Origin: Eledone cirrhosa
Taxonomy: Eukaryota
NCBI GenBank assembly: GCA_964016885.1
Contig: OZ024744.1
Location: forward strand, 95,604,001-95,668,000
Direction: 5' to 3'
DNA: 64,000 bases
Made by a program: the position numbers and the translations under genes. Below the pieces are notes generated by a model that was not told where the DNA came from, did no database searches, and worked only from the letters and a program-made list of their open reading frames with translations. Positions 39,784-53,273 of this stretch are shown piece after piece (position 1 is the stretch's first letter; the number at the start of each line of letters is the position of its first letter).

Positions 39784-40940
39784 CAGTGTAACTAAAAATA
39801 AACTGGTCCCACTCACTTTTTGTGCCACTGTATATTCATTTTCTAACTGATCAATCTTAAATTTCAGGACAGGGCAGGGTAGATACAACATCTGAGAAGA
39901 CAATAAAACCCCAGTGGGAGATTCAGAACTCGATTTTCTTGGTGAAACACTACTATTATTGTGGCTCATACAAGCAGGTCTAGGAGAAATTTCATGCATT
40001 TTCTGAAACAGACAAATCTCTCTTCAAAGCCAATATATAAAGGTGGGTGAAGAAATGTAAGACCTATGGGACAGCGAGGAACCTCAGTATAATATCTGAG
40101 GACCAACCTACCTACTCTGGATGACCCAGAAAGTGTACACATGAGGTTATTGACATGGTCCAAGAGTCTGTTGAATAGAGCCCAAAACAATCACTAGCAC
40201 AGGCGAAGCCAATTCTTGGGTCTCTCCACAAACTTGCAGAAGGGCTGTCAAAGAGGCTGCTAAGAAGTACTCTTACAGAATACAGACAAAACAAAAGCTT
40301 ACTGCTGCTGATAAGAGAAAGGATATGGCTGAGAAAATGTTGGAGAAGATGGAAAACAAACCAAATTTTCTGAATCTGCTATGGACTTTTGATGAAGCCT
40401 ACTTTCATTTAGAGGGGAAGATCAACTCTAAGAATAATGTGCTGTGGGGGGTCAGAGAAACCCACTGAAGTGGCTGTGAAATCTCTCCACTCAGCTAAAT
40501 GTAACGTCTGGGCTGCCATTTCTGAAAGAGTGTTGATTGGTCCATTCTTCTTTGAAGAAAATGGTGTCACTCTTACAATCACAAAGAAATGATATGTGAA
40601 GTGTTTGGAAGATTTCAAAAAGGAGTTACAAACCATGTAATAAGTAAGTTCTAGTTCCACCAAGATGGAGTAAACCCTCACACCTCCAATGAGGCGCGAG
40701 AAAATAACTTTGGAAACAGTGTGATTAATTTGAATACTACTTTTGAGCCCCACACAGCCCTGATTTAAGCCATATCCCTACCCCAGATTTCTTTCTTTAG
40801 GCCCTCTGAAAGATAGGAATATAAAAACAAACCCAGGACCATTATTGAACTAAAGGAAAACATCAGGGAGGAGATCAAAGCTATCCCTAGGTCTGTTTGT
40901 AAAGATGTTATAATAAACTTCAACATGCATCTCAAAATAT
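39784..40940 (+). mobile_element. Decayed Tc1/mariner transposon
   Basis: TA|CAGTG start; WTFDEAYFHLEGKINSKN, IGPFFF, HQDG..PHT and SPDL..DFFL motifs; right end replaced by a LINE. Confidence 0.8.
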
Positions 40941-40944
40941 GCAT

Positions 40945-43330
40945 AGCGTTACTACGCCCTTGCCTGCAGAACTGGGAATTGTCCCGTTCTGCTGCCAGTT
41001 GCAGTAGACGGCTTCGAGGATGCCAGAGAACAAGTCCGGCATGCCTATATAAAACTCATAGGGTAGACTATCTCGACCGGGTGATTTGCATTTCCCGCAG
41101 TGGTCCAGAGCGTCCCGTATCTCAGTGGCTGTGATCGGTCTTTTGCAGAACTCGGCGTCCATGCTCGAGAGACGCGGCAGGCCGTCGAGGTATGAACCAA
41201 AGTCCATTGCCCCGTTCGGTGCACCGTCGTTCTGCTCAAACAGTCGCGCAAAGTGCTGCTGAAAGGACGCACACATCTGCTTGGGGTCAAGTAGCATGCA
41301 TCCGTTTTGGTCTTTCAAAGACCGAATTGTGGACTTGTTGCCACATTTCGCTTCCGCCACTCGGGCCCAGTTAACAGCTTTTGCTCCCTCGTTTCCTAGA
41401 GCACGTGATTTACTTCTGACCATACAGCCTTTGTGTTTTGCGTCGAAGAACTGGTCCAGTGCCGTTCTCGATGCTAGTACTCTAGCTGCGTTGCCACTCC
41501 TAAGCGCCTCTCTACCTTGGCTACTAGTTCTGTCTCTGATTTGTTTTTCTCTAAAGCTAATTCTCTGCTAAACCCTATCGATTCTATTCTAATTGCTCTC
41601 TTGAGAGAGTACCACCATCTATTGTTGACGATGGCTCCCGTCAACTCTTGCTTAACTAATCTACTTATCCGTTCACTGTAGGCTTTTCGTGCCGGCAATG
41701 ACACGGTCAGCTTCCAGTATCCGGGTCCTTGTCTATGTATTCTATCACGGTTGACTATACAGACGACTAGTTTGTGATCTGAATAGGCAACCATGTGCAT
41801 TTGTGGACAGCTTAACATCTTGTCTTTCTCTTTAATGAAAAACCTATCTAAATACGATCTAGATGTCCCACTGCGGCTTGCTTGTTGGTGTTGATGTATG
41901 TATATTGTTTTTGTTTTGATTGTGTTGTTTTAGTTTGTTGTTCGTCTGTCAGTTTTGTTTTTTGTGTTTGGGGTAGTGTTGGTGTTTGTTTTGTTGGTAG
42001 GGGGAGGTTTGGTTGTGGTATTGTTTGTGTCTGTGGTTGTGTGTTGGTGTTGGTGATTGGAGTTTTGGGGGTTTTGTGGTGTCTCTTTTTTTGTTTTTTG
42101 GATTTCAGAGCCTCTTCTTTTTCTTCACTTAAAGAAGAAGCAGCCTTAACTGTTGATGAATAATCATCGTCAGGAGTGTGGGGTAGGACTATGTTGTGTG
42201 GTGATGGTGTTTTGGTGTATGTGTTTGTGGAAGTGTTGGATTTAGTGGGGTGGGACTGTGTTCTTCAGAGGTGAAGTCTGTGTTTTTTCTGTTGTTTGTG
42301 GTTGAGTGGTTGTTTGTTTGGGTGTGTTTGCTTGTTTTGTGTGTTGTTGTTGTTGTGGCAGTGGTGGTTGTTTTGGTGTTGGTGTTGGTAAAAGTACTTT
42401 TTTAAAAATTTTTTTGTAAAGGGCAGGAGGCTTTTAAGTGTGATGTGCTTGGACATCGAAAACAGTGTGGCTGTCTGCCCTCAGTTACGATGTTAATGTA
42501 GTTTTGGTTGTCGACCAGCACTCTTTCTGGGATTTTGGAAATTCTTTCTGGTGTCATTTGTATCAGAATTTCCAAATTTGTCCCTGCCCACCTTTGTCTG
42601 GTTGACTTCCTGACCTAAAGAATTGTATCGTTTTCTGGCTCTATGAACTCTGCTAAGATCCACCAAATGTTGATGTTTGGTGGTATATTATTTATTTTAA
42701 TTTTTTGTGTTCTTTTTCCCATGTAAGTAGGGAAAAAGGTGTGTGCTTTTGCAATGACGGGTGTAACAGAATGCTTTTGTGCGAGGGCCTCGCTTTTAAA
42801 AAGTACCGAAATACTTCAATATAGTCTGGCCCTCTGCATAAAATCAATGTCTGGCAGAGCCTCTTTCAAGGTGGTTTCAATTTCCCCTTGACTGAGGAAT
42901 ACCGGTTTTTTTGTTTGATTTGAAACAGTTCTGAAGGTTACTGTTTCATGTTTAATTTGCAAGAGTGAGTTTATTTGAAACCCACCCTTTTCTTCAAAGG
43001 TTATAAATTGTTTTGCATCGGTCAACATTTGTTTGGAGTTGCTTATGTCGATGTGTTTGTACTCTGTTTTATTTATCACAGTCTGTGCGAATGTTGTTTT
43101 TTTCAATGTTGTTGTTGTCGGTTTTTTCGTGTGTAGTTGTGTCAATTGTTTCAATTTCTGCATTTTCTGTATTTTTTGGTGTCTGTTGTGGGCTGTTATT
43201 TTCATCTTTTGTTGTGCAAATATCCATTTCTTTACGAAACGAAGTTTTGTTGTTGTTTGTCTCCATAGATGGAAGTAGAGGGAGATATACCGCTTATATC
43301 TGCCTCTTTCCCTCTCTTCTCGCTGTCAAC
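40945..43330 (-). mobile_element. L1/Tx1-clade LINE fragment (low-complexity ORF1, APE C-terminus, start of RT)
   Basis: RSYLDRFF, YSDHKLV, GPGYWKL, KSPGRDSLPYEFY; T/N/Q/K-rich ORF1 remnants upstream. Confidence 0.8.
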
Positions 43331-45346
43331 GCTAGCTAGCGTTCTCTGTATGTCACACATTGTTACAGTCAAGGAAAATTTTAAAACTTCACAATTTTTT
43401 AATTAAATTTTCGCCACACAGGGGCAACAACTAAGATTACCACCCAGTTGACAATTCAGCCTGAGGGTTAATCTATCAAACAATATAACTTTTTACACAA
43501 TAAATTCTGTTTTTGTATGGAAAATTTTACAAAAACTTACCCACGATCTGACACGCATTCAATCGATAGACAGATATATAACACCAACATTGGTTGTATG
43601 AATATAACATGACACTAGGTTGTATGTACAACATTTATTTAACAAGGTTGAGTGATGTAGAGCAGAATAGTTGACATGCTAAGAGAGATGAAAGAATGAA
43701 TTAAAGTTATTTGTTTACCCTTTCTGAAGTCAGCGCGCATTACACCAAGAGGTCTTTACATTACCATGTTCAGGTTGCCAGAGAGTATAGCCTCGGCGAA
43801 CGCGCCTGGCCGAAGGGTCAGGCAGGTTAAAAGAGAGGGAGACAGCTTTCAGCCATCTCCTTTATAGGGTCCCTGGACGGAAGTGACAAAGAAGGTTCTA
43901 CCACCTCAACGGGAAGTAACTCCAGCTACTTCCTGTCTAGAGAGTGCTACTGCTGATAAGGGAGGCAACTCTTGCTACATTACTCCCCGCCACATTTTTA
44001 AAACATAAAAATCGAATCAACCATGTATGAAGTAAGATGGCGAGCATGTAACACCAAAGTCCAGGCATGAAAATTACAAAAAAAATAATGTTTGCAATAA
44101 AAGCAAAACAGCAAAATATAAGCATGCAAAAATTGATAGATATCAAGGTAGCCAACCGCTCTTGGCCAAAGAACGACTGGACATCAATCTATCCATCACA
44201 CAAAGATACAATGTAATCAATCTAAAAGAAGAGGTCAAAGGAGCAAAGAAACGTGCTCGAACATAGTTATTAAAAAAAAAAATTCAAATTTTCAAAATAC
44301 AGTTCACAGGTGACAGCAGGAAAGAAGGTGTGTGTTCCAGAGAATGTATGCAGGTGGTTTCTGGACTGTGGTACAACGTGAAATTCCCAACCTCCGAAGG
44401 CGGTGGCATTTTCTCACAGGAAGAGTGCTGCAAAAATAAATTCTGTCTTGTTCTGTTGGTTTTGGTTGTTGATAAAGCAAAGTTGAAGCTGTGTTGTTGT
44501 CTTGGGGAGTGAGATAACTCTTTCAAAGTTGTTTCGATTCACAGTAAAAAATTTTCCCAGAAAAAATGAGTTGCGCAAAGTGTTAGAAATAACAGCCAAA
44601 GTTGATGGTCGATGTTGAGAACGCGTTGACCTGGAAGAGTCAAGAGGCCATGACCAAAGAAATAAGCATTCTGAATAAATGCAGTTTTCAACGGCAAATT
44701 TACGTGGTAAATTTTTAAACCGGCAAATAGGAGAATATAGCTTAAGGCTGGAGAATCCTTGGCAAGAAACATTATCTATGGCGTGTGTTATCTCAGTGAG
44801 TCGAGATGTGTGCTCCCACACGTGCCGAAACAAGGTTAAAGTCAAGTTTAATAAAAAATATTTCTATTGCGCGAGAAAATGGTGCGAAAATGATAGGACA
44901 ACAGGTCGTTGGCAGCCATTTTGAAAAATTTGTGTGTGAACGTGATAATATGATGAAAAAGATATATGGCGAGAGTTCAATTTTTTTTTCTTTTAAAGTG
45001 ATGAAAAAGTAGCGAAAAAGGCTTAGTTGAATGTAGAAATACAGGAGTTCAAGTCTTTTTGAGTGTTCGTTGTGAGACGGACGAAGGATATATCGAGTGA
45101 GTGAAACACATTTAAACGATGTAAACACGTTAGGTGAAGAACAACATTTTTTCTTGTTTGTTTGCTGCTGAGAAAAAGATTACTTCTATTTTTCGTTGTA
45201 GAAAAAATCCATGTGGAATGTTGTAGAAAAAATCCATGTGGAATGTTGTTAGAGGAATTTCTTCCTTTTGAAATACTGCTAATTAATTTTCTTTTTTTTT
45301 TTTCATATTCACACAAAACCAGATCATATTATTTTTTTTTTCGGGG

Positions 45347-46210
45347 TCACCACTTATAACAGGTGACACTGGGTTGTATACACACTTCCATACTGTTTAG
45401 CTCTGGCTTGATATCTTTTAGTGCAGCTTCAATAGTGCTTGTTGGGAGCGTTATGGGTTTTTTGGTAATGATGTCAACTGTTCTATAGATTAGTTTCTTT
45501 TTCTGTGTCATTTCTCTTACTGGTGGGGGTATGTGTATGTGTGGGGTGTCTCCCTCAAACGTCACATAGTTGGAAGCTTCTTCCACATATTGGGACTTTT
45601 GGGAAATGTCCATGGAGTAATATTTAAAATCCTGTTGCTGCAAATGAAATGTTGTTATTGTTGTTGTTGGTGGTGATGATGGTCTCATTTGTTGTGTTGC
45701 CACTGATTCCTTTTGTTGTGTTGTTGTTGTTCTCATTTATTGTGTTGTTGTTGTTGTTGCTTGTGGTGGTGTTAGTATTTGCTACACATTCTTCCTTCTG
45801 TGTGTGGATACATGTGACGTTTGTGACGTCAGGCGTGTTCAGTTGCTTACAAGCAACTGAAGCTTGTTCCTCTTCTAAATGTTGAGGCGATAATGTTGGC
45901 ATTCCTTTGTCCATGTCTGCTACTACCTGCTGGTCAAGTAGGCATGGCTTTCCCTTCCCATCTTCTTGTATTGACAAAAAAGTAGGTACCTTTGCTTCGG
46001 CCATTTAAAAAAAATTGAAGTGTTTTTGCAAAAATATTTTCGAAAACAGGTTGGATGTTTTTGCCCTGAGGGACACGATATTTTGGGAGACTGACCAGAT
46101 CAAAATTTGACCTGTCAGTCCCTCTACAAATTGGTATAAAAATAAAAGTTCACAATGACGAATTTCTAAAGAAATTTAAACAAAACTTACCGAGCAAGTT
46201 TAACACATGT
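45347..46210 (-). mobile_element. 5' region / ORF1 fragment of a related LINE
   Basis: ORFs 45624-46004 and 45347-45736 resemble 42816-43266 (T/N-rich tract; YRTVDIITKKPI..IEAALK vs FRTVSNQTKKPV..IETTLK). Confidence 0.6.
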
Positions 46211-46324
46211 CCATATCGAGATAGATAGAAAGACAGATAGCTAGACAGATAGACAGAGAGCAAGCTAGACTGATAGATACACATAGATAGTGTGGATGTA
46301 ATATCAACCTAGGCAGCTCTTTAA

Positions 46325-46543
46325 CTCTTTAGCATTTATATCGGTTATATCCGGCCAGAATTCTCTAACCACTTTCTGTTCAGCCTGGTCATAACTGGCC
46401 ACTCATACTGAGGTTAAGGTATTGTTCTCAAAATAAATGTTATCAAAATGTCATAGATTCAATATCATGAGATAATTATGTGAGGTGAAGTCTTTACCGT
46501 GAAAATACAATAGTAAATATAGAGTAATGCAAATGCTAAAGGG
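46325..46543. mobile_element. piggyBac-type MITE
   Basis: TTAA|CTCTTTAGCATTT ... AAATGCTAAAGGG|TTAA. Confidence 0.85.
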
Positions 46544-46798
46544 TTAAAAATGCATAGAATTAATTTGTAAAAATAAAGTGGAATTCATTCTGTAATTCTT
46601 TTGTTACAAGAGCTGTTCTGTGTTCTGGTCCTTACTGCCATTACAGAGGGGTCAGAGGAACACATATCACTTGTATGTTCCTGTTTGACATGGTTTCTAT
46701 GTTTAGATGCTCTTCTTAATAGCAAACATTTTACAGAATGTAAAGGGTACATTTTACCATAGCATCAACATTAAATGTTTGAACCCTTTTTTCTAGAC

Positions 46799-47088
46799 CA
46801 GGCATGGACAACCTTTTTCAAGAAGCGGGCCGCATGAGATATGGCACATCATTAGGCGGGCCGCAAGCGCTAATTTACATTCGTGTCCACATTAAAAAGA
46901 GGGCGGTAACTCAGGTTGTTTTGATTTGTTTCTTCAGAATTCGTATACATTATTTTCCTCGATCGTAAAAATGATAGAAAGATAAATTATGACTGAAAAG
47001 TTGGGGTAAAAAAATCAGACAGATTTCACTTAAGTGACTTAGGCGAGCCATTCAGAAAGCTTCGCGGGCTGCAGGTTGCCCATGACTG
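46799..47088. mobile_element. hAT (Charlie-like) MITE
   Basis: 16-bp TIRs CAGGCATGGACAACCT / AGGTTGCCCATGACTG; TTCTAGAC target with an imperfect duplicate. Confidence 0.75.
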
Positions 47089-47293
47089 TGTAGACCTTGT
47101 AAATCATTATTTGGTCTCATGACATACTTTGAAGCACATGGGTGTACAATAGTGAAGCTTTTGAGTTTCACTGATCAATGAATAATGAGATGGCTGTTGT
47201 CTGACAAGAGGACTTCCCCTTGTCAGACAACACCCATCTCATATATATTATAGATAACGAGGAATCAGTGATGTATTAAAACACAATTTATTT

Positions 47294-47385
47294 ACATATT
47301 ACATATGTTTCTCCGAAGATCAGCTCAAGGCAGGATCTATTATAGATCGAACCTGACTCTGCATTCGAAAGGTCCTCAGTTATGT
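47294..47385 (-). ncRNA. Type I hammerhead ribozyme motif with expanded stem II
   Basis: acataa-CTGAGGA-61 nt-GAAA-catatg-TA-atatgt, then AATAAA; one stem I mismatch next to the core. Confidence 0.65.
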
Positions 47386-47705
47386 TTAGCTGATCTTCGG
47401 AGAAACATATGAAATATGTTAATAAATTGTGTTTTAATGCATCACTGATTCCTCGTTATCTATAATAATATACTCTGCTCCGCGTGAGGCTAGAGTGCTC
47501 AAACGGCATACCACCTATGGACACATTTGTAAGGTCCTCAGATATGTTTAGCTGATCATTGGAGAAACATATGTAATATGTTAATAAATTGTGTTTTAAT
47601 GCATCACTGATTCCTCGTTATCTATAATAATATACTCTGCTCCGCGTGAGTCTAGAGTGCTCAAACGGCATACCACCTATGGACCCATTTATTGCAACCT
47701 TACAA

Positions 47706-47816
<111 letters not shown>

Positions 47817-47905
47817 CGTATTACAATTGTTTCCCCGGCAAACAGCTCGAGGAGCGATCTGTGGTGGATCGAACTGACTCTGGATTCACAGGTTCCTCAG
47901 ACACG
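47817..47905 (-). ncRNA. Type I hammerhead ribozyme motif with expanded stem II
   Basis: cgtgt-CTGAGGA-60 nt-GAAA-caattg-TA-atacg. Confidence 0.7.
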
Positions 47906-47993
47906 TCTATTGATTTCGAAGCAGATCCTCTTTCTGCATAGAGTGCTCAACCGGCATACTGCCTATGGACGCATCTTAACTACCATAAGACAC

Positions 47994-48024
<31 letters not shown>

Positions 48025-48174
48025 AGGGTAAAAATACTGGAGCGTGTTGGAGTTAAACACCCTCTTCGTATTATAGAAATGACAGTAAAAGGTATAGCTC
48101 AATGTAGTTAAACAGAGCCGAAGAATTATGAAAGTAAAACAAAGAAGCCTTCAATACATCAAAAGTCTTTATTA

Positions 48175-48212
48175 GCCAACAATGTTTCGTCCTATTAAGG
48201 ACTCATCAGGGC
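48175..48212 (-). ncRNA. Minimal type I hammerhead ribozyme motif
   Basis: gcc-CTGATGA-gtcc(ttaata)ggac-GAAA-cattg-TT-ggc, then AATAAA. Confidence 0.85.
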
Positions 48213-49499
48213 AGTTAAAACAACAAGAAGTATTATCGGCCAATACAAGCCGGAAACTCCGAAGAATATGGAGTGTACATACACTAAAGTATTGCAAGAT
48301 TATGGGTAAAAATATATAATAAAAATATATAATAAAAATCATTAAGGAGGTGAATAACATTTAGAACCATATTACAAATATAGTCCAAAGCAAAAAAACC
48401 CTAGAGCTAAACAAAGGTGGTTATATAGAGCAGGAAGTATATATAATACAATGTAACATAATATAATATACCTTTACCAATATTAAAATTACAATAAAAA
48501 TTAAAAGGTACAATATACATATGTATATATGTACGCACACATACACATACATCAATACACATATCCATCTTCAACTGCACAAATTAAACCTTATTAAGAG
48601 TTTAAATATAAATAAGCATGATAGGAATAAAAAAAATAATAATCATAATAATACATATACCCAATATACATGAGGTAATAATATGATATTATTATAAGTA
48701 GCACATATAATATATAATAAACTATACAATTATATACTATATAATATAATATAATATAATAGAATAGATAATCTCCGGTTAATTTACACAAACAATATAG
48801 ATGTCACAATAATACTATAATAATAATATACTAACATTTATAATATACAATATATAATGGCATTCAAGTTAACAAATCAATTCATATAGAGTTACAGAGT
48901 AGGCGAGGAAAAATAAATTGTACAATACCCAAAATTATGATGGTACAAAAATATAAACATCTTACATGATATATAAAGTTTAACATATCATAATGTTACA
49001 TATAATTAACGGTAAGTAATAAGGATCGATATTACAATAACAAATACAATATAATATAATATAAAATAATTCACATAATATAATATATAATTACTTATAA
49101 TTACAAGGTTGGTAAACAGACATGTATGTTTACCAACCTTGTAATTATCATGCTTATTTATATTTAAACTCTTAATAACTCTTAATTCGTTAAACGAAGA
49201 TGATGATGATGATGATGATGATGATATATAAATGTATGCATAGTATATTTGATAAAATACTGTATGTTTAATTAAAAACATTTTGAAGACTATTCGCTAT
49301 GAATTTTAAAGTCCTGTTTCTCACTTATTAGCCGTTGTCAAGACTACTTACTCCTTCACTTCTGCCAAAAATTATAGAAACTGGATTCTTATAGAATTCC
49401 AGTAATATTTAAGAACTGATTAAACAGAGCAGTTGCCGGTCAAGCTATAATTAAGTATTAGTATTGGTGCTCTGAAATAGCGATGTATATATGAATGTA

Positions 49500-49838
49500 T
49501 CATCATCATCATCATTTTACGTCCGCTTTTCCCTGTTTGCAAGGGTGGGACGGGAATTGATACTGGCTTTATTTCTACAGCTGGATGCCCTTCCTAACAC
49601 CAACCTCATTTACAGTGAGTGCTGGGTGCTTTTTTGCCGTGGCACCTCCACGACCACTTTGCAGTGGAATGATATGGACCCCAGTCCCTATCATCTCATT
49701 TCTACAGCTGAGTAAACTGGAGCAATGTGAAATAAAGTGTCTTGCTCAAGGAAACAACACATCACCCGGTCTGAGAATTGAACTCTCAACCTTTCGATTG
49801 CAAGACCAATGCTCTAACCACTAAGCCATGTGCCTCCG
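49500..49838 (-). mobile_element. Full-length SINE family B
   Basis: Near-identical to 18560-18912. Confidence 0.88.
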
Positions 49839-50039
49839 TATATATATATATACTAGCGGGCCATATGCCATAAATAATGAAGGTTAATTGTAGTATTTTA
49901 TATATAAAAAGGGTACAAAACCAGGTTTTTAGTTTAATAATTATTTTATTACAAATTTTTTTGTAATAACATAGATAACCAAGATAATATCTTGGTGTGT
50001 TTATGTATATATTTATATGAATGAGTATATAAATATATA

Positions 50040-51363
50040 CAAACATGGAAGCATGGCCTAGAATCAAAAGGCCTTAAAGTTAACTTGTCTAAGACTAAAG
50101 TCCTAGTTTGTAGGAACGAAAATAAGGCACAGGTACCCTCAGGGAAATGGCCTTGTTCAGTGTGTAGGAAAGGGGTAGGCAGAAATTCAATTTTATGTCC
50201 CAAATGCAAAGTATGGGTACATAAAAGATGTAGTGGGATCACAGGTAAACTATCTAAGAACGTAGACTTTATACGTGGCCGATGCTCAGGTGCGATAAGT
50301 AGCAAGTGCCCACAGGATACTAGCCCCTTCTATTGCCCAGATGGTTCTAAAGAAATAGTAGACACTTTCCGTTACCTGGGTGACAAAATCAGCAGTGGTA
50401 GAGGGTGTTCTGAAAGTACAGTAGCCAGAGTCAGAACGGGATGGAAAAAGTTCAGAGAGCTTCTACCGGTGTTGGCCACAAAAGGTTTCTCTTTAAAAAT
50501 GAAAGGCAGATTGTATGATGCTTGTATACAAACAGCAATGCTACATGGCAGTGAGACATGGGTATTGCATGCAGAGGACCTGCGCAGACTGGAAAGGAAC
50601 GAAGCATGCATGCTCCGTTGGATGTGTGATAGTAACTAACATACGTGAATGGCAAAGCATAAATGAACTAAGTGAGAAATTAGGAATAAGAGGGATCAGA
50701 TGCTGTTTACTCGAGAGAAGACTACGTTGGTATGGCCACGTGATGCGCATGAAAGACGACAACTGTATAAAAAAGTGCAGGGCGATCAAAATTGATGGTA
50801 GTTACGGAGTAGGTAGACCCAGAAGAACCTGGGACGATCTGATAAATTCCGACCTTACACACACCTCCCCAAGACAATGTCACTGGACCGAGATCTTTGG
50901 CGCTACGCAGTAATACAGAAGACCCGCCTTGCCTATGTACAAAGTGAAACCTACAGTCAGTAGACACCTCTTAACCAAATATACACCCCAATCCACTACC
51001 CCTACCCTATCCTCCCACTCCCACCAACACCACCCCCTCTCTATAAAGTTGGTACCACAACATCCAGTCCAAATAAATGAGATAAATGAGATCGAGCTCG
51101 AGATCGTGTAGGTGTCACGAGAAAAAAACACACAGTCCACGCTGTAATGTGACCGTGTAGGTAACACGGTAAAAAGTTCCCAGTTCCACACTGTAAATGT
51201 GGTTGGTGTTAGGAAGGGCATCCAGCTGTAGAAAACCGGCCAGATAGTCCTATACGAGCGAGACACGGTCACCCGACCAACCTTGCCTCAAGTGGGACAA
51301 CTCCCGTCTAACCCATGCTAGCGTGGAAAGTAGACGTTAAACGAGGATGATGATGATGATGAT
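50040..51363 (+). mobile_element. 5'-truncated RTE LINE (finger to tail)
   Basis: ORF 50085-50639 with finger, FRYLGD and LHGSETW; 3' UTR and (GAT)n. Confidence 0.92.
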
Positions 51364-51461
51364 ACACAAACACACATACATTCACACAATATAAATACAT
51401 TTACGCAAACACACATACTCATACAAGTGATATAAACACACAAATACTAACCCAATAATAA

Positions 51462-51770
51462 TCGTTTCTTATATAGGCACAAGGCCAGCAATGTTGGGGA
51501 AGGGGGAAAGTCGATTAAATCGACCCCAGTGCGTGACTGGTACTTTTATTTTATTGACCCCGTAAGGATGAAAGACAAAGTTAACCTCAGCGTGATTTGA
51601 ACTCAGATTATAAAGGACTGTAACTCTATGCTACAAAGCATAGTCTCTGACCCTCTACCGATACTGCCAATCCACTGCCTTACTAACCCAATAATTGTTT
51701 CTACTTTAGGCACAAGGCCAGCAATTACCCAGTGCATTACTGGTACTTTATTTTATCGACCCCATAAGGA
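51462..51770 (-). mobile_element. SINE family A (one full and one partial copy)
   Basis: A/B boxes and shared core. Confidence 0.82.
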
Positions 51771-52075
51771 TTAACCCAATAATAATAGCCAATGTGTGTA
51801 GCCAATTTGTTACATATATAAGTGTAGCAAATCTTAGAAAACTGGTCGCTAATTTCTGTAGTTTGTCATCACCCACTTCCTTCCTCAATCATCTCCCTTT
51901 CAGTAAATGATAGACAAATATATAAATAAATAAATATACACACATTTGCTGTTATCCAGAATTATCTAGCTGCCAAAGTGTATGATAAAGTTATATCTGT
52001 ATAAATACTGAGTGTGTAACTGAGATTTGTGGTTGATTGACTGATATACACATATTATGATAAGTATCCACTTTA

Positions 52076-52286
52076 CCCTTTAGCATTCACATTACTCTAT
52101 ATATTTTCATGGTAAAGGCTTTATTTCACATAATTATCTCACATAATATTGAATCTAGGAGATTTTGATGATATTTATTTTGAGAAGAATACCTTAACAT
52201 AAGTATGAATAGCCATGAATAGCCAGTTTGAACAGAAAGAGGTGAGAGAATTCTGGCTGGATACAGCCGGTTTAAATGCTAAAGGG
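52076..52286. mobile_element. piggyBac-type MITE, second copy in opposite orientation
   Basis: TTTA|CCCTTTAGCATT ... AATGCTAAAGGG|TTAA; homologous to 46325-46543. Confidence 0.82.
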
Positions 52287-52507
52287 TTAAACCCCCAAAT
52301 CAATTAAAGTAGTTTATAATTATTTCAATTTTCAGGGAAATTCTTATTTTCTGGTATGTTTGCATGTCTACAAATTAGATATGTCTATATATTCATATAT
52401 GCATTGATGCAGTCTTGGTTACACACTCTGTATTTATACAGATATAAGTTTATAATATATATATATTTATATATATATATATAGTTTTTGTAAGGTTGCA
52501 ATAAATG

Positions 52508-52738
52508 TGTCCATAGGTGGTATGCCGTTTGAGCACTCTAGCCTCACGCGGAGCAGATTATATTATTATAGATAACAAGGAATCAGTGATGCATTAAAAC
52601 ACAATTTATTAACATATTACATATGTTCCTCCGACGATCAGCTCAAGATCCTGCCTTGAGCTGGTTGTCGGAGAAACGTATGCAATATGCTAATAAATTG
52701 TGTTTTGATGCATCACTGATTCCTCGTTATCTATAATA
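52508..52738 (+). repeat. Fold-back element of the 47246-47686 family with the ribozyme core deleted
   Basis: ~83-bp inverted arms at 52564-52647 and 52655-52738, plus the shared GTCCATAGGTGGTATGCCG leader. Confidence 0.8.
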
Positions 52739-53273
52739 TATATATATTTCAATTCCATTTCGATTCTCTTTATTTTTCAATTCATGTACCATCGTTGCGA
52801 AACACATTTAGGTTTCGAAGTTCAAATTCATCTACGGAGCGGGTTTGGATTTTGAAATTTAAATTTGTCCAGGAATCACGGCCTTTGCCAATATAAGCTT
52901 GTCTTTATTGACTTATATCGAGACAGACAAATTGTATTCACTTTAATTAGTTTATTTCATTAATAGCTAACTTTGTCTGTTGCAATGCAAACACGTTTTG
53001 TGTTTATCATATATATTAATGTATATATATATACAGAAATGGCTTCTACAGGACTAGAACTGTTTCTTTGAACCCGGGATAAACTTATATATATATATAT
53101 ATATATAATATAGTTTTGTCATTACCATAACAGAAGTTCGATGATGTTTTGATTCGAGAGTTGGGTCTGATCGATACAGATTGAACCATGAGCTGATCAA
53201 TCACAAAACATGCATCATACCTCAATAAATGTAATGAAGATTTAACACCTCATCCTTATTAGTATTATTATTA

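Noticed and set aside
43590-43979. Possible solo LTR on the minus strand (TGTAGC start, TATA and AATAAA)
   Set aside because: No second terminus or TSD found, and it is single-copy in the window
44284-45360. Short ORFs as host exons
   Set aside because: No recognisable domain or convincing splice structure
53135-53230. Possible long-stem-II hammerhead relic (TCGATGA...GAGCTG...AAAA-catg)
   Set aside because: Too many core mismatches to call; worth revisiting with a covariance model
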